A stretch of DNA of 64,000 nucleotides from Octopus vulgaris (Eukaryota): assembly GCA_951406725.2 (NCBI GenBank), contig OX597822.1:4650001-4714000 (forward strand), read 5' to 3'. Made by a program: the position numbers and the translations under genes. Each line of letters opens with the position of its first letter. Positions within the stretch are counted from its first letter, which is position 1. Under the pieces are notes generated by a model that did not search any database, was not told the DNA's origin, and saw nothing but the letters and a program-made list of their open reading frames with translations. Positions 39,598 to 53,219 of this stretch are shown here, in pieces.

Positions 39598-42500
39598 CTG
39601 AAAGAAGAAAAAAAGAAATATTAACAGTGATGTGTGAACCTTTGTCATGTATTCAGCTCTGTAAATTCTGATCAAATCAGTTATTTAAAAAAATTAACAT
39701 TAAATAAAAAAAAAAGTGTGATAAAATTTATTAGAGACCAGTTTAGTGGAACATAATGACATCAGTATGTAGAATCAAATGTTGTACAATTGACCTTGTT
39801 AGGAGAAAATGGCAAGTAGATTCAGTATCCATAACCCCTCGTCTTCCCATACTGAAGGTTCATTAGCACTTCAACTAAAATACCGAAATTGCCATTGCCA
39901 TGAAAAGTAAGATATCCACCAATACCATAACTACCATGAAGATCCATTACAAAGTTCCAAATGGCATTTAACTGGTGCAACGGTAAGCAATGTTTGTTTG
40001 CATATGACAAATTGAAGTGTAGTCAAGGTGGAGTTAGGGTGATAAAATAGCTTGTTTAATTTGCCTCCTACTCTCATCTATGCTTGCTGTATCTATTTAT
40101 GTAATGCCAGCATGGGTTGGTTAAATTTCAAATTTATGTTTTAGGAACATTTTCACATTCAGTACACACATACACACACACACTTAGTAAGAGGAGGACA
40201 GTGTCCATGATTTGTACAAGTCACACAAGACTAGTAAGGCTAGTTGATGTGGATGTTATTCAGTTCAAACTTCTGCATGTTTAATGCTTGTAGGATATGT
40301 TAGAATTACCATTTATTTTCTCATTATATTTAATTAAAGCATGCAATTTGTTTCTTTCCCAAGGGTTACCCAAGGACATAAAATGACACATAATGCAGAG
40401 TTTCAATATATTTCCATCAGACAAAGACATTTACCACTCAGCTATCTGAAACTATATATAATTTTGTATTTGAAGCATTTTTTTTGTGTAAGTAAACCAG
40501 AGGTGCTAGTTACAAGATTAAATTTTAAGCAAACACTACAAGTCCAATTTTTTTTCTCCAAGTCAAATGATATTGGCAAAACAGAATATTCTTCAAACAC
40601 AATCACTCTTTGATTCATGATCAATAGATTTCAAATATTTTTCTCCATGTTTTATACAAGAATACAGATCAACTAATAATAATAACACGTACATACATAT
40701 CCAAATACTGATATAAAATTCTGATCAAAGAGGCCAGCATTTTTATATTCTTTGTATCAGTTGAAAACTGAACGTTTGATGTTTAAAATTTCAATGTCCC
40801 TTTTAGAATTATCCACATCGAAATAACTTGTTCTGAGACAAAGAATGATTCAATATTCTGGTAACAAACCAATTTTCATCAAAGAGAATGATAGACTATT
40901 AGTTTTGATCAAACTGTATCATTCAGTTTAGTTTGTAGCATGTTGGGTTTCTGACCATGTTGGTCATGGTGAGTTTAGAAATAGGTCTGGATACCATTAT
41001 CTTTTAACAGCTGGGTTAACCACTGCATTCAAGCTAAATATAAATGTCCATATAGTATAAAAACCTTTAAGTTTTCCTTATATCCTCTACTTTGTGACAC
41101 ATGAGAGAACTGTTGCTGAGGCATATCAAGAAAAATTCTATACATATCATAAATAAGTCAACCAACATATGGCTCTGTGAGGAAGATTTTACGAAACTTC
41201 TCAACCTACTCAATTCACTTGTCAAATCTCTTTAAACCACTGATTCACCTTTAAAAGGAGAATCATATTTGTTAGATCTATATATAATGGTAACATTTAT
41301 TACAATCAAGATTGGGTAGTTATGTAACATTCATATTATTGTATCATTATATCATCTTCATCAGCATCAATTTATGCCTGCTTTCCATACTGGTATGGGT
41401 TGGACAGTTTGACAGAATCTGATAAGTTGATAGAATCTGATAAGTTTGTATTTGAAGCATATTTTTTGTAAGTAAACCCCAATCACACTTTGATTCATGA
41501 TGGAGTGACCATGTGTTGCTACAATGTCTCACTTTTGGCAAGGCTTTTATGGCTGGGTGCCCTTTCAAACACCAATCACTTTACAGAGTGTTACTGGATG
41601 CATTTTTTATGGCACCAGCCTTAGTGAGGTCACCTTGGAACGCCCAAGAGTAAAGAGGTCTGATAGTTGAAAGGAAACTAGGGGCAAAAGAGAGTGTGAT
41701 GATTTTACAGTGATAAAAGAGTCAAATATGATAAGGAGTAGAGAGTGGAAGTGAACAGAGCAGATACTGTTGGGTGGGGAATATGAAAGGAACAGGGGAA
41801 GGAGGACAGAGCTGAGCGCTTATGCAACATCTTATAACAGAAGCAGCTGTAAGCAAATGAAGTTAATAATATAATTCCTGTTCCTTTGTCATTCAATAAC
41901 TTATATAATGCTCTGTACTCACCTAATGCTTTATTCTAAGGCATTTGTATATTGAGTTCTAACAACTGGTTATTAGCAACACTATGCCTAAGCAGAATTA
42001 TAACACACACACACACACACACAGAGTATGTGTGGGAGTATGTATGTGTATATGCATGTATGTATACACACACACACACACACACTGAAGAAGTGGGTAC
42101 TTGTTTTGTGCTGAGTGTTAACATTGTGTAAAACATGTCAAGGCAATCTCCTTTATTTTTCTGTGTATGAAGAAAGTAACAAGCTTTGTTATGCAGAAAT
42201 TTTTCTTATATACATGTGTGTGTTGTTATCACACTTACCATACATGTATGTATGTTTGTGTGTTTGCATGAGCATGGAGTATGATTAGAACCCCCGACCA
42301 CATGTAATGTAAGTTAGTATTTATTTATCTTATTTATTAGTTTATTTATTCGCTATATGCTTAATCAGTAAATTTTGTTGGAGCTACTCAGAAATGACAA
42401 CAAGTATAACAAAATATCTGAAAGAACATCACCAAAAGAAGCAAACCTTACTGAAAGGTCAGAACTGTCTTGAGAAAGAAAGAGAATTCTTGAACAATTC

Positions 42501-43678
42501 ACACTATGGAAAGGAAACCAAAGCAGTAGTAACATCAGTAGGTAGAGCTAAGAAGAAGTATCTGAGGTCAATATTTTTTAGTTTGTAGGAACTAGCAGGC
42601 ATTTTTATTGCTTTTTTAATGATAGTCTGGAGGAAGGACACTTATACCCACACTCTTCGAGGATCCTCCAAGACCAGAGAGATCAATGCTATTTACGTAG
42701 AGTTCAAATATTTACATAATATCCATGTCTTTAAGGTGTTTTGAATTTGTGTGGGTGAAGACATTTAAATGCCAGTCTAATATGCTTGATAAAAAAGGCA
42801 TTTATCTGTAAATATGTATGTATGTTCATTTATTGGAATGCATGTATAAGAATATGGACGAGTGCAGGTCTGTAAGTGAACAGGTTTCAATGTGAATAGT
42901 TCTCCCTTCTTTAAAGCACATCCCAAATAGAAAGCACCATGCAGTACTTACAAAGCCAACGTGCTAGGTTAATTCAGTTCATGTAAATGTTTTCTCAGAA
43001 TTTGGTAGTTTTCATGCTGAATAGAATATGCTGTATGTGTACCGATGTGAATGCATATTGGCTTCCTGAATCATGTCGAATTCAAAGAAGCAAACTGACA
43101 TCCGTGCTGCTAAAGATTTATATTCCACAAAATTGCTTTCATTTTACAAATTAACAAGAACTAAAAGAGTTAAAAGTCAACATTTCAAATGATTAAAAGA
43201 TGTGGTGGGGGGACAAAAAGATCTTCAAAATGTAGGAATCAGTATTTGAAAGAACTGGCAAAAAAACAAAAGAAACTCAGATAATATGTCAACAAGTCTT
43301 CAGAAAGTGCCAACAGTATTTCAACATTAGTAAGGACATGTTTTGCAAGTTGCTTTAAGTGTGAAATGTTTGACACTTACCAATAAATGGCCAGAACAGT
43401 CAACTAGCATAAAAACAGAACCAAAGACATTAAAGGGCAGTAACAGTTGATGAGACAGGAAAATAATCTTTTAAATATCAGCAGGATTCACTTATTAAGA
43501 AAAACCTATTAAGACTAAAGAGAAAATTCAGACCACCCCAAACTAATTCTAAATTTACGTTCAGTTTAATCAATTACTTCTGTAGCAATTGATCTGGCTT
43601 TCACTTTTTTTTCTGGTTATTGTTTTCAGAGGTACAAATGGCTCAGTTGAAACTATGGCAGCCCACTCAACAAACAAA

Positions 43679-44057
43679 GGTGCTGGCATAGCTGTGTGGT
43701 AAGAGGTTTGCTTCCCAACTACATAGTTCTGGATTCAGTGCCACTGTGTGGTACATTGGGAAAGTGTCTTCTACTACAGCCTTGGCCAAACAAAGCCTTA
43801 TGAGTGGACTTGGTAGATGGAAACTGAAAGAAGCCTATCATATAAATGTGTGTGTGAGTGTGTTTGTCCCCCACTACTGCTTGACAACAAGTCTTGGTGT
43901 GTCTATGTACCCGTGAATTAGGGATTTGGCAGAAGAGTCTGATAGGGTAAGTGCCAGGCTAAAAAACAATGATTACTGGAGTCAAGGTGTTAAACTAAAA
44001 TCCTTCAAGGCCCAGCATGGCCACATTCTAATGATTGAAACAAGATAAAAGATAAAA
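43679..44057 (+). mobile_element. CORE-type SINE
   Basis: Head, core, (TG)n and tail aacaagataaaagataaaag. Confidence 0.75.
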
Positions 44058-44273
44058 GCACCAATAGGTGGTACAGCTAATAATCCAAGTAGTGAAATCA
44101 TTGTAAGGCATGGCAGCATGGTTAGGGAGTTTGCTTTCCAACCATGAGGTTTTGAGTTCGGTCTCAGTGTGTGGCATTTAGGCAAATGTTGTCTTCAACT
44201 ATACTTTCAAGCCAAGCAGAGCCTTGTGAATGGATAAGGTAAAGAAGGTTGAAAGAAGCCTACTATATATGTA

Positions 44274-45106
44274 CAAGGTGGTATCAAAAAGTTCCTGGAC
44301 TAGTTCAGTAGTGTGCCAACAGATGGCAGCACACGGTTGTGTGTGCTGTGAGAGCCAGCAGCGATCTTCATGAGGCAGTGTTCTGAGTGATATTGCTGTG
44401 TTTACTTCACAAGTTGTGAAATTTGTGCTTTTGTAATCAGGTGTCTGCTGTAGTCTGTGATTTTGTTATGAACAGGAACAAAAAGCCAACATAAAATTTT
44501 GTGTTAAACTTGGGAAGTCTGCTACAGAGAAATTGAGCCTGCTTCGGCAAGCTTAAGGCGATGAGGTAAGGGGTCATATGAATGGTTTGAGTGGCACAGG
44601 CACTTCAAAAGCAGAAGAATATCCCTGGAAGATGATGGGTGATCTGGAAGACCTACTATGAGTGCCACCCTGGAAATGTGGTATTGTGCATCGGGAATTC
44701 ATCCCCTAAGAGAGTTCTGTCATGATGTTTTGAAGCATCTGGGGAAGGACATTTGGCAAAAGTGACCGGATCTGTGGAGTGAGAAGAATTGGATTCTTCA
44801 TGACAATAACACACTGTCACTGAGCTCTCCTCACTCCTCAGTTTGTTGCCAAAACAACATGGTATTTCTTCCGCACCCAGCTGTTCACCAGATTTACCAT
44901 CTTGGACTTCCATTTCTTCCTCAAGACAAAAATATAGCTCAAAGGTCACTGTTTTAACACCATCTTTGGGATCCAAAGTGAATCACAGAAGGTCCTCGAC
45001 TTGCGTATGGAAAATAACTTTCAGCTAGATTCCAAAAGTTACAGGAATGCTGAGACCAGTGCATGGCTAAACATAACTGGTCCTGGAACTTTTTGATACC
45101 ACCTCA
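44274..45106 (+). mobile_element. Internally deleted mariner nested in a SINE (44105-45360)
   Basis: 32-bp TIR caaggtggtatcaaaaagttcctggactagtt / aactggtcctggaactttttgataccacctca; remnants IKFCVKLGKSATE, WILHDN, PSCSPDLPSW. Confidence 0.85.
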
Positions 45107-46943
45107 TTTGTGTGTGTGTGCAGGTGTGTCAGTGTGTCCCCTTGTCTTGACATATGATATTTGAAAATGAGCATTACTGTCCTACATATGGTATCATTCA
45201 TTTGCATTCTTCTGTGGAAACATGTCTAGCCATGAGGAAATATTACCTTGATTGGTTGTGGGTTGGTGACAGGCATGCATCCAGCCATAGAATATCTGCA
45301 TCAATAAATTCTATTTGACACAGGCAAGCATGGAAAAATGCATTTTGAAATGATGACGATGTACAGGGAGTCCAACATATCCTGTAACTTGAGTAGGGGT
45401 AGCACTGTCAGAGTGACTCTCCCTAAATATATTAATGTAAAACTGTAGTTTCCAGTCTCTATATTTTCCATTTTTACTCAAAAGACTGAGAAATCTCATT
45501 TGCAAAATTGGTCTACTTTGTTATTACTATCTAAGTTACACAAAACAAGTACTAACCATTTTCATTGTATGGTTATACCAGATTAGTGGTTTCTCTTGTA
45601 TGATTCAACCAGTGACTCAAGAACAAAGTTGTACCAATAACACTTTTAGAAGAATGATTCTCTAATACACATATAATACTTTTTTTTTTAAACGAAAATT
45701 TGAAGCTGGTGTTGGATAAGTAAAGCTACACCCAAGTGTAAAGCTACACACACAAGTGTAAAGCTACACACATAAATATACAATTTCATTGTAAATTGTA
45801 TGAAAGAACTCATCAGCACTGACTGTATCAAAACTTATTTTTATTTCAATTATCATTTATGGCTGTGTTTAGTCAAGGTGATTCACATCTCTCACTTACA
45901 ATGATTTCTTCAACTTGTAACCCTTTAACAAAAAGAGTATTTTAACTCTATAGAGTCCTGTTTGGGATAATAGAAGTCCTAGTCAGCAGTGCAAATATAT
46001 TAAAAGTCCTTACACTTTGTAATACGGAAGTTTCTTTAATGTCCGTCTTTCTTTGCTAATATTACTTTTATGTTAGTATGAGTTGGCTTGTTTGTCATGA
46101 ATTATTTCAGTATTTCAGAAGGATATCTAAATATTATTGCTCTCAAAATATTTATCAAGTTTACTTTCCAATAAACAAGAGGTCTATAATTCAGTAACTT
46201 CACTTGATAACCCATTTCAATCAGTGTGTTTACCACAGGAGAAAGCTTACAGCTTTGTAAGATTCTACCATCTCTTCTATAGCTTAGGTCATTGGCATTT
46301 TATTGATGATTAATGGCATTCTAATATTTCAAGTTTGTCGAGATCAGCTAATTAACTACCATTATAGACTATATAGATCTGCGATAATTTAGCTTGTTTC
46401 TTTTTGTCTTTTGAAATTTATTCCAGACATATTTTAATTATGATAATAACTTCTTATAAGTTACAAGAAAGATGTATTATGAGTGGTTACTAACATTCAG
46501 GAGACTGAAAGGTAAAGTTAACTCATAGAGACAATAAAATAATGTATTATATAATCAAACTGGTGTGTCTTTTCAGAGTAGGAGCTCAATAAGTTATCTT
46601 GTAGTGCTTTGGTTTAGTTACTTCATGGAACTGAGATCATTCCTAAATCTATCACACGACATACAATGCACAGCACTTATAATGAGCTGAACAGTAGTAG
46701 CTGTGGTATTCAGATTGAGTTTATCTTCTACATTCTAGAGCAGGCAAGAAGGAGGGTAACCTATCTCTGTACTGCTAAAAGATAGAGGGTGCTTTCAGTC
46801 AAATCAATTGAAGATACTTGCTTGTGACAGGACCTGATAGAAGGTGTACTTGAGGACTTTGCCCCTTTGACTTGCCCAAGAATAAGTGGGTGAAGACATA
46901 CCCAAGAACAAATAGGTGAAGAAGATGAGATGAGATGTTTGTT

Positions 46944-47344
46944 ATACTCTTTTACTTGTTTCAGTCATTTGACTGCGGCCATGCTGGAGCACCGCCTTTA
47001 GTCGAGCAAATCGACCCCGGGACTTATTCTTTGTAAGCCCAGTACTTATTCTATCAGTCTCTTTTGCCGAACCGCTATGTGACGGGGACGTAAACACACC
47101 AGCATCAGTTGTCAAGCAATGCTAGGGGGACAAACACAGACACACAAACATATACACACACACTTATATATATATATACATATATACGACAGGCTTCTTT
47201 CAGTTTCCGTCTACCAAATCCACTCACAAGGCATTGGTCGGCCTGGGGCTATAGCAGAAGACACTTGCCCAAGATGCCATGCAGTGGGACTGAACCCGGA
47301 ACCATGTGGTTGGTTAGCAAGCTACTTACCACACAGCCACTCCT
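46944..47344 (-). mobile_element. Young, near full-length CORE-type SINE
   Basis: Nearly identical reverse complement of 52180-52592; CpGs retained. Confidence 0.9.
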
Positions 47345-47950
47345 TGTTTAAAGTTGTTTTCTTTTTGCTGACTGTCTTTGTCTTTTTTTATTTTTTTTAT
47401 TTCTGCTGTTTGGGATCTGAACATCAGAGAGCACATTTGTTAATATTTCCACTACCACTACTAAAGTGAACATCTCTTACCACACCTCCATAAGAGTAAG
47501 TCAAGTTGAAATAAGAATTAATGAAATATTTACAAAATATAAAATGTACAAAGTTCTAAGACAAATATTATTTTTTTGCCACCCGAAAGTAAGTAGGCTA
47601 GACACTGAAATGTCCAAACTTTTTGTTCCGGAAAGTTATTTAAAGAGAAATTTATTCATTTAAATACAAGTGTGGCAAATCAAATTCTTTTGCACAGCCT
47701 GTTCAAAGATGTTCATTCAATTCAAAATAATGAATATAAAACTAATTATTGATTTCAGTCAAGGCACAAGAACTGAGATTCAGTGGGAAGGATTTAGTTG
47801 ATTAAATCAACTCCTGCACTGGTACTTTATCAATCTCAAAAGGATGAAAGGCTAAATTGACATCATGAAGGAGGAAGAGGAGGAGGCAGAGGAACAACAA
47901 CAACAATAACAATAATATTGATATTAATAACAATAATAATAATAATTAAT

Positions 47951-50145
47951 TCCTTTATTGGCCACAAGGGCTCACATACAAAACATTAATTGACAAACAG
48001 CAACATTAAAGACAAAAACAGGACGATACAATGGGCTTTCGTATGTACACTTCATAAATAACAGTTAAAAATTAAACAAATTAAACTCCCAATAGAGTTG
48101 GTGCTTTAAGGTCCTCATGGAAAAACCCACAAAAATCACAGGTGCCTGAATAACAGGGCAAGAGCCCTTCCCCTTTTTTTTACAGGTGCACAATCAGAAT
48201 TGGTCCTTTTACACTGGCCATTCTTCCAATATTCACCCACCTTTCAACAAACTTGCTACAAAGCAACACTTCCCTCTCCGCCCTCAACTTCAGTCTCAAG
48301 TGGAACTTGGAAAAGTTGATGAGGGTTTGGCCAAAGAGGAAAGTGCCCTTTCAGATGGGTCCACCATACTACCTCTTTTGCTATAGCAACTAGACAAATA
48401 AAAATTGCTGATCCTTCCTGGCCAAAAGAGGCCAGGGGGAGGGGGGCAATCTTCACAATGGATTCAGCTGATAGCTAGATTCATCCCACATGTGACAGTA
48501 GGTGTTCGGCGTAAACCCACAGGTCAACAATATTTGGGCACTAGACTAGGGCATGCAGAACAGCTTCATCGTTCTGGGCACACCTCAGGCAGGCCCGGTT
48601 GACAGCGCTTCCATGTCTGTAAAGTTTATCCCAAACAGGCAGCACCCCTCGGTAGCACCCCTAGGCAAGGGATTTCTGCAAGTCATTCATAGGTCTAGGC
48701 ATGAAAGTTCTCCGAAACAGGCCGGTTAGTTGATCTTCATTGACGCCCAGAGTTTTCCGAGAATGTTGTTGCACTTTCCCACCACTTGCCCTCTATAAAA
48801 CACTAGAGTGGAACTACCACTGACTGCATTGCCCACCTGGTGGAGGGCTGTGGGCACCTGTCAGCACTCAAGGTGCCAAGCGCCCCTCCTCAGTCTATGC
48901 CTAATCCAGGGTTGCAGCTCAGTCAAAGAGATGACCTGTGGAAAAGTGTCTCTTACAAACAGTGACCACACCTGCTCACCATCAAGGAAATGCTGGAGAT
49001 GTCACAACCTCAGCACATGTCTGTGCATCAGTAACCACGGCATGTCCAGCCCTCCATTCAGCAGCTGTTGACAGCAGATGAAATGCCTGACCAATGGAAG
49101 ACATCCCTTCCACAGAAAGCGGAAGAGTAAGCGCACCAGCTTGGTCAACCAGCAAACTGAGCAAGGGATGACAGTCAGGTGGTAACAGATGATAGATGCG
49201 ATATTCGCATTTGCCACCTCTGCTCGACCTTTCAGGGACAGCTTCCTCTAGGCCCATTTCTGGGTGAGATTGGCTACCCTGCTTGTCACCTCATCCCAGT
49301 TTTTCTCCACCTGGAAGTCCGGGCCAAACCAAACTCTGAGCAGCTGAACGGGACCATCTGCTCCACCATGCTGTTGAATGGCATGGACTTGCCTCTCCAG
49401 GTGCCATGTGGCAAGCCCACTGACTTTTCTGCATTAATTTTTGCTCCTGTCATTACTTCATATTCCTGTAGTGTTTTGCCAATCAGGTCAATATACCTGT
49501 GGTTTGATACTATGATGGTGACATCATCAGCGTAAGCAGACACACTTTTCTCACATCCTAGATCATGTGGGACACTCCTCAAAGCCTCCAACTTCCGCAG
49601 CAAGGGCTCAAGAGTCAGTTCATACAGAAGGGAGGAGAGACGGACAGAATGCAAGATGCTGAATGGCTCCAAACAACTGAGCAGATGCCGCTGTACAAAG
49701 CAGTGATTCAATTATGGAGAATAGGACCAAAACCGGCTGCCTTGAGGACACCTGCCAAGTATTGAGGGTTGACCCTATCAAAAGCTTTAGATTGATCTAA
49801 ATTGATCAGAGCCCCACCCATGCCAACTTTATTACCTACCCTCTCTATGATGTAGCACATAAGATAGAGGCTATCACAAATACTCCTGGTTGGGATGGTG
49901 CAGGTTTGCGCCTCACCAACCAGTTCGTCCAAAACAAGCATCAACCTCTTGGTCAACACCTTGGCCAAAATCTTCAACTCTGCATTGAGCAGAGTGATGG
50001 GCCTGAAATTTTCTTTAACGTCCCCCTTGTTTTGGTCATTTCTCAGCAGTTCCACCACCCCTTGACAGACAAAAGTGGGAATTCTCCCACTCTGTTGCCA
50101 GTTGCAGTAAATTTTTGCTAAGAGGCCCACAAACAAGTCAGGCAT
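47951..50145 (-). mobile_element. 5'-truncated Tx1/L1-clade LINE (RT domain to 3' end), degenerate
   Basis: FRPITLLNAELKILAKVL, LDQSKAFDRV, LYELTLEPLL, SAYADD, GAKINAEKS, FRFLW, GGLDMP; AATAAA and AT-rich tail at the left end. Confidence 0.9.
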
Positions 50146-51172
50146 AACAACAACAGCCACAACAACAAAAACAACAACAACAACAATAATGAAGGAACCT
50201 ATAAGTATCTTGCAATAGGGGGAAATGATAAAATTAGAAGAATAGAAATTGAAGAAGTTCACAGTGGAGAATATTTTCATAGAATAAAGATTTTAGAAAC
50301 CACATTAAAAGTAGGAAATCTCATATAAGCAATAAACTTGAAGGGTGTTCTGCCAGTAAGATATAAAGAAAGAATCACAGGGTGCAGAAAAGATGAGCTG
50401 AAGGATATCCTCAAGAAAAGGTAACAACACACAATGCATAGAAGCATGCACCCTCCAATCAAATGTGAACCACTTATACTGAAGGTAAAAATGAAAATGA
50501 TTGTCGAAGAGGTAATGAAACGAGAGATAAAAAGCTTAGGAAAGAAGTTCTTGAGGTGATAAGTGTAGAACTATTTACTGGATTAGCAGAGCCCATAGGG
50601 AAAAAGAACAATAAAACATAGGAAAAAGGAAGTTAAACTTTGAAGGAAAGAATCTTTATTCAGTGTTTTTTTTAAAAGACAAAAGAGATAAGGGTTGATA
50701 CGGATATCAAATTCTGGTTTAAGATAGTATTGAAGAAAGAGACGGAAGAAACGATTTTTTACAGCACAGGAACATGTTTAAATGAGAAATTGGATAGATA
50801 AAGAAGACTGTTCACCCAAATGTAGAATGTGTGTTGATAACACACAGGATAATACAATAGTTCACAATTGTATTTCAATGCTCAGTTAGCTCAAAACAAG
50901 GATGACAAGCTTAGAAAAGATAAAATTGTTTCAAACAATTCACTGGAACATTTACAAGAGGTTTGGTTTTGTATGCACAGAAAAGAGCAATGACCATTTT
51001 TCAAGAATAGAAAGGAGTCTTTTAAAATGATAAAATGAGATTTTACAGGACTTTCCAATACAAACTGAAAGGAGAATACTATACAACAGTGGTTCCCAAA
51101 CTATGAGTCGCGACCCACAGATGGGTCGCGAACGGTATCTTTGTGGGTCGCAAAAAGTTATAAAATTACGCG

Positions 51173-51312
51173 TTTACTCTTTTACTCTTTTACTTGTTTC
51201 AGTCATTTGACTGCGGCCATGCTGGAGCACCGCCTTTAGTCGAGCAAATCGACCCCGGGACTTATTCTTTGTAAGCCCAGTACTTATTCTATCAGTCTCT
51301 TTTGCCGAACCG
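51173..51312 (-). mobile_element. 3' fragment of young CORE-type SINE
   Basis: Essentially identical to 46944-47073. Confidence 0.9.
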
Positions 51313-51620
51313 ATCGATTTATCCGAAGACTCTTCCTTGAAAATGACTTTTAACACCCGAAAATTGGTACAGTTCTTCAAACCCTGTACCCAACCATTTC
51401 CACCGAAGGGATTAAAAGTACTTCTCCCTTTCAGGTCATCTTATATTTGTGAAGCTGGATTTTCAGCAAGGGTTGGGATTACAAGCAAATATCGAAATAA
51501 TCTGCAACTCTCAAATTCTTTACGCCTGAAACTATCACGCATTGAACCTGATGTTAATTCTATTATTGAGCGTAGCAAGAAACAGGCTCATCCTTCTCAC
51601 AGGCCTCACTGAAGATGTAA

Positions 51621-52137
51621 TCTATATATATAAAACTGTAGTTGTGTGAGTGTCTGTCTCCTACGATTTAGATCCCTAACTCCTCCCACATTTTGCGGTG
51701 CAGTTTAACCAAATTCGGGTATCTTATAGTCGTGACTAATATCGAGCCCGTCTGGCTATTAGCGCGCGTCTACGATGAGTCTACGATTTTAAAAATAATT
51801 TAACATCATTTTTTATTCCATTTTAATGCATAATTTTTCGTGTGTCGATGGCGGCGGAGTTGGCGTCCACGCTCAAACACCTGCACCTGTGTTTGCTTCT
51901 CCCCCTTCTTCCCTCCCTCGTGAAGCTGTGGGGAAGGGAGCGTAAGGAAATCAACGTCGTAAAGTGTTGTCAAGGAGACCAGCGTTCTTTTAGAACAACG
52001 ACTTCATGGCTTGAAGACACCAAAACAGAAATGGCTAAGAAAGCCCGAATTGGCATCTATAAGGGAAGTAACTCTCTAAAAATGCTTATATAGTTATTTC
52101 CCTTACAAACCCGAGCAACGCCGGGCGATACTGCTAG
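51621..52137 (+). mobile_element. Non-autonomous Helitron
   Basis: A|TC 5' end, CTAG|T 3' end, GC hairpin cccgagcaacgccggg (52110-52125) ending 12 nt from the terminus, no TSD. Confidence 0.85.
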
Positions 52138-52179
52138 TCTGAAATAAATTTGTTAATTTCATTAGTGTACATACTCAGT

Positions 52180-52592
52180 AGGCGCAGGCGTGGCTGTGTG
52201 ATAAGTAGCTTGCTAACCAACCACATGGTTCTGGGTTCAGTCCCACTGCGTGGCATCTTGGGCAAGTGTCTTCTGCTATAGCCCCGGGCTGACCAATGCC
52301 TTGTGAGTGGATTTGGTAGACGGAAACTGAAAGAAGCCTGTCGTATATATGTATATGTATATATGTATGTGTGCGTGTGTTTGTGTGTCTGTGTTTGTCC
52401 CCCTAGCATTGCCTGACAACCGATGCTGGTGTGTTTACATCCCCATCACTTAGTGGTTCGGCAAAAGAGACCGATAGAATAAGTACTGGGCTTACAAAGA
52501 ATAAGTTCCGGGGTCGATTTGCTCGACTAAAGGCGGTGCTCCAGCATGGCCGCAGTCAAATGACTGAAACAAGTAAAAGAGTAAAGAGTAAA
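52180..52592 (+). mobile_element. Young full-length CORE-type tRNA-derived SINE
   Basis: A box tggctgtgtga, B box ggttcagtccc, core ggcatcttgggcaagtgtctt, central (TA)/(TG), tail (gagtaaa)n. Confidence 0.9.
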
Positions 52593-52961
52593 GAGCAGAG
52601 TTAAGTGGGTCGTCATAAACTGGTGTGATAAATAGTGGGTCGCGACTCTAAAAAGTTTGGAAACCACTGCTTTACAACAAACCAGAGATTGTGGCTGTTG
52701 ATAAGAAGAAAGTGTGTCTTGAAACTGACAGGGCGTGACCATTTGATATGAGAGTCAAGGAAAAGCAAAAGCAAAGCATTATATTAACTGCCTATCAAAT
52801 ATCTATCTCTACCTATTCCCCTGATACTCTGTCTATCCAAAATCTATATGCTTATCCACTATCTTTACATTGTTTCTCGTTATCCAAAGTATATTTATCT
52901 ATTCTCTTTATATAATGTCTTTTGTCCTTGTTCATATATTCTCTTCATATTCTGTCTATCC

Positions 52962-53044
52962 ATATATATGTATATATACATATATATATGTATATATATA
53001 CACATATATATATATATACATCATCGTAAAGCAGACGCTAAATG

Positions 53045-53089
<45 letters not shown>

Positions 53090-53102
53090 GTTTATATATA
53101 TG

Positions 53103-53140
<38 letters not shown>

Positions 53141-53144
53141 TATA

Positions 53145-53215
<71 letters not shown>
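52962..53215. repeat. Imperfect (TA)n then (CA)n microsatellite
   Basis: Direct reading. Confidence 0.9.

Positions 53216-53219
<4 letters not shown>

Larger units (their letters stand above)
51087..52669 (+). mobile_element. hAT (Buster/Charlie type) deletion derivative carrying nested elements
   Basis: TIR cagtggttcccaaact / agtttggaaaccactg; 8-bp TSD ctatacaa / ctttacaa (nnnTAnnn); subterminal gggtcgcg motifs; dimerisation-domain remnant LLPFRSSYICEAGFSA...KYRNNL...KQAHPSH at about 51400-51612. Confidence 0.9.

Noticed and set aside
45716-45775. Short tandem repeats (aagtgtaaagctacac x3; also 12061-12092, 34158-34261, 41409-41445)
   Set aside because: Ordinary local slippage duplications with no further structure
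49708-50280. Intact reverse transcriptase gene
   Set aside because: The N-terminus is read-through of flanking microsatellite; the RT is split over several frames and 5'-truncated
51337-51612. Domesticated ZBED5/SCAND3-like gene
   Set aside because: Only the last part of the transposase is present, between TIRs and TSD, with the rest deleted
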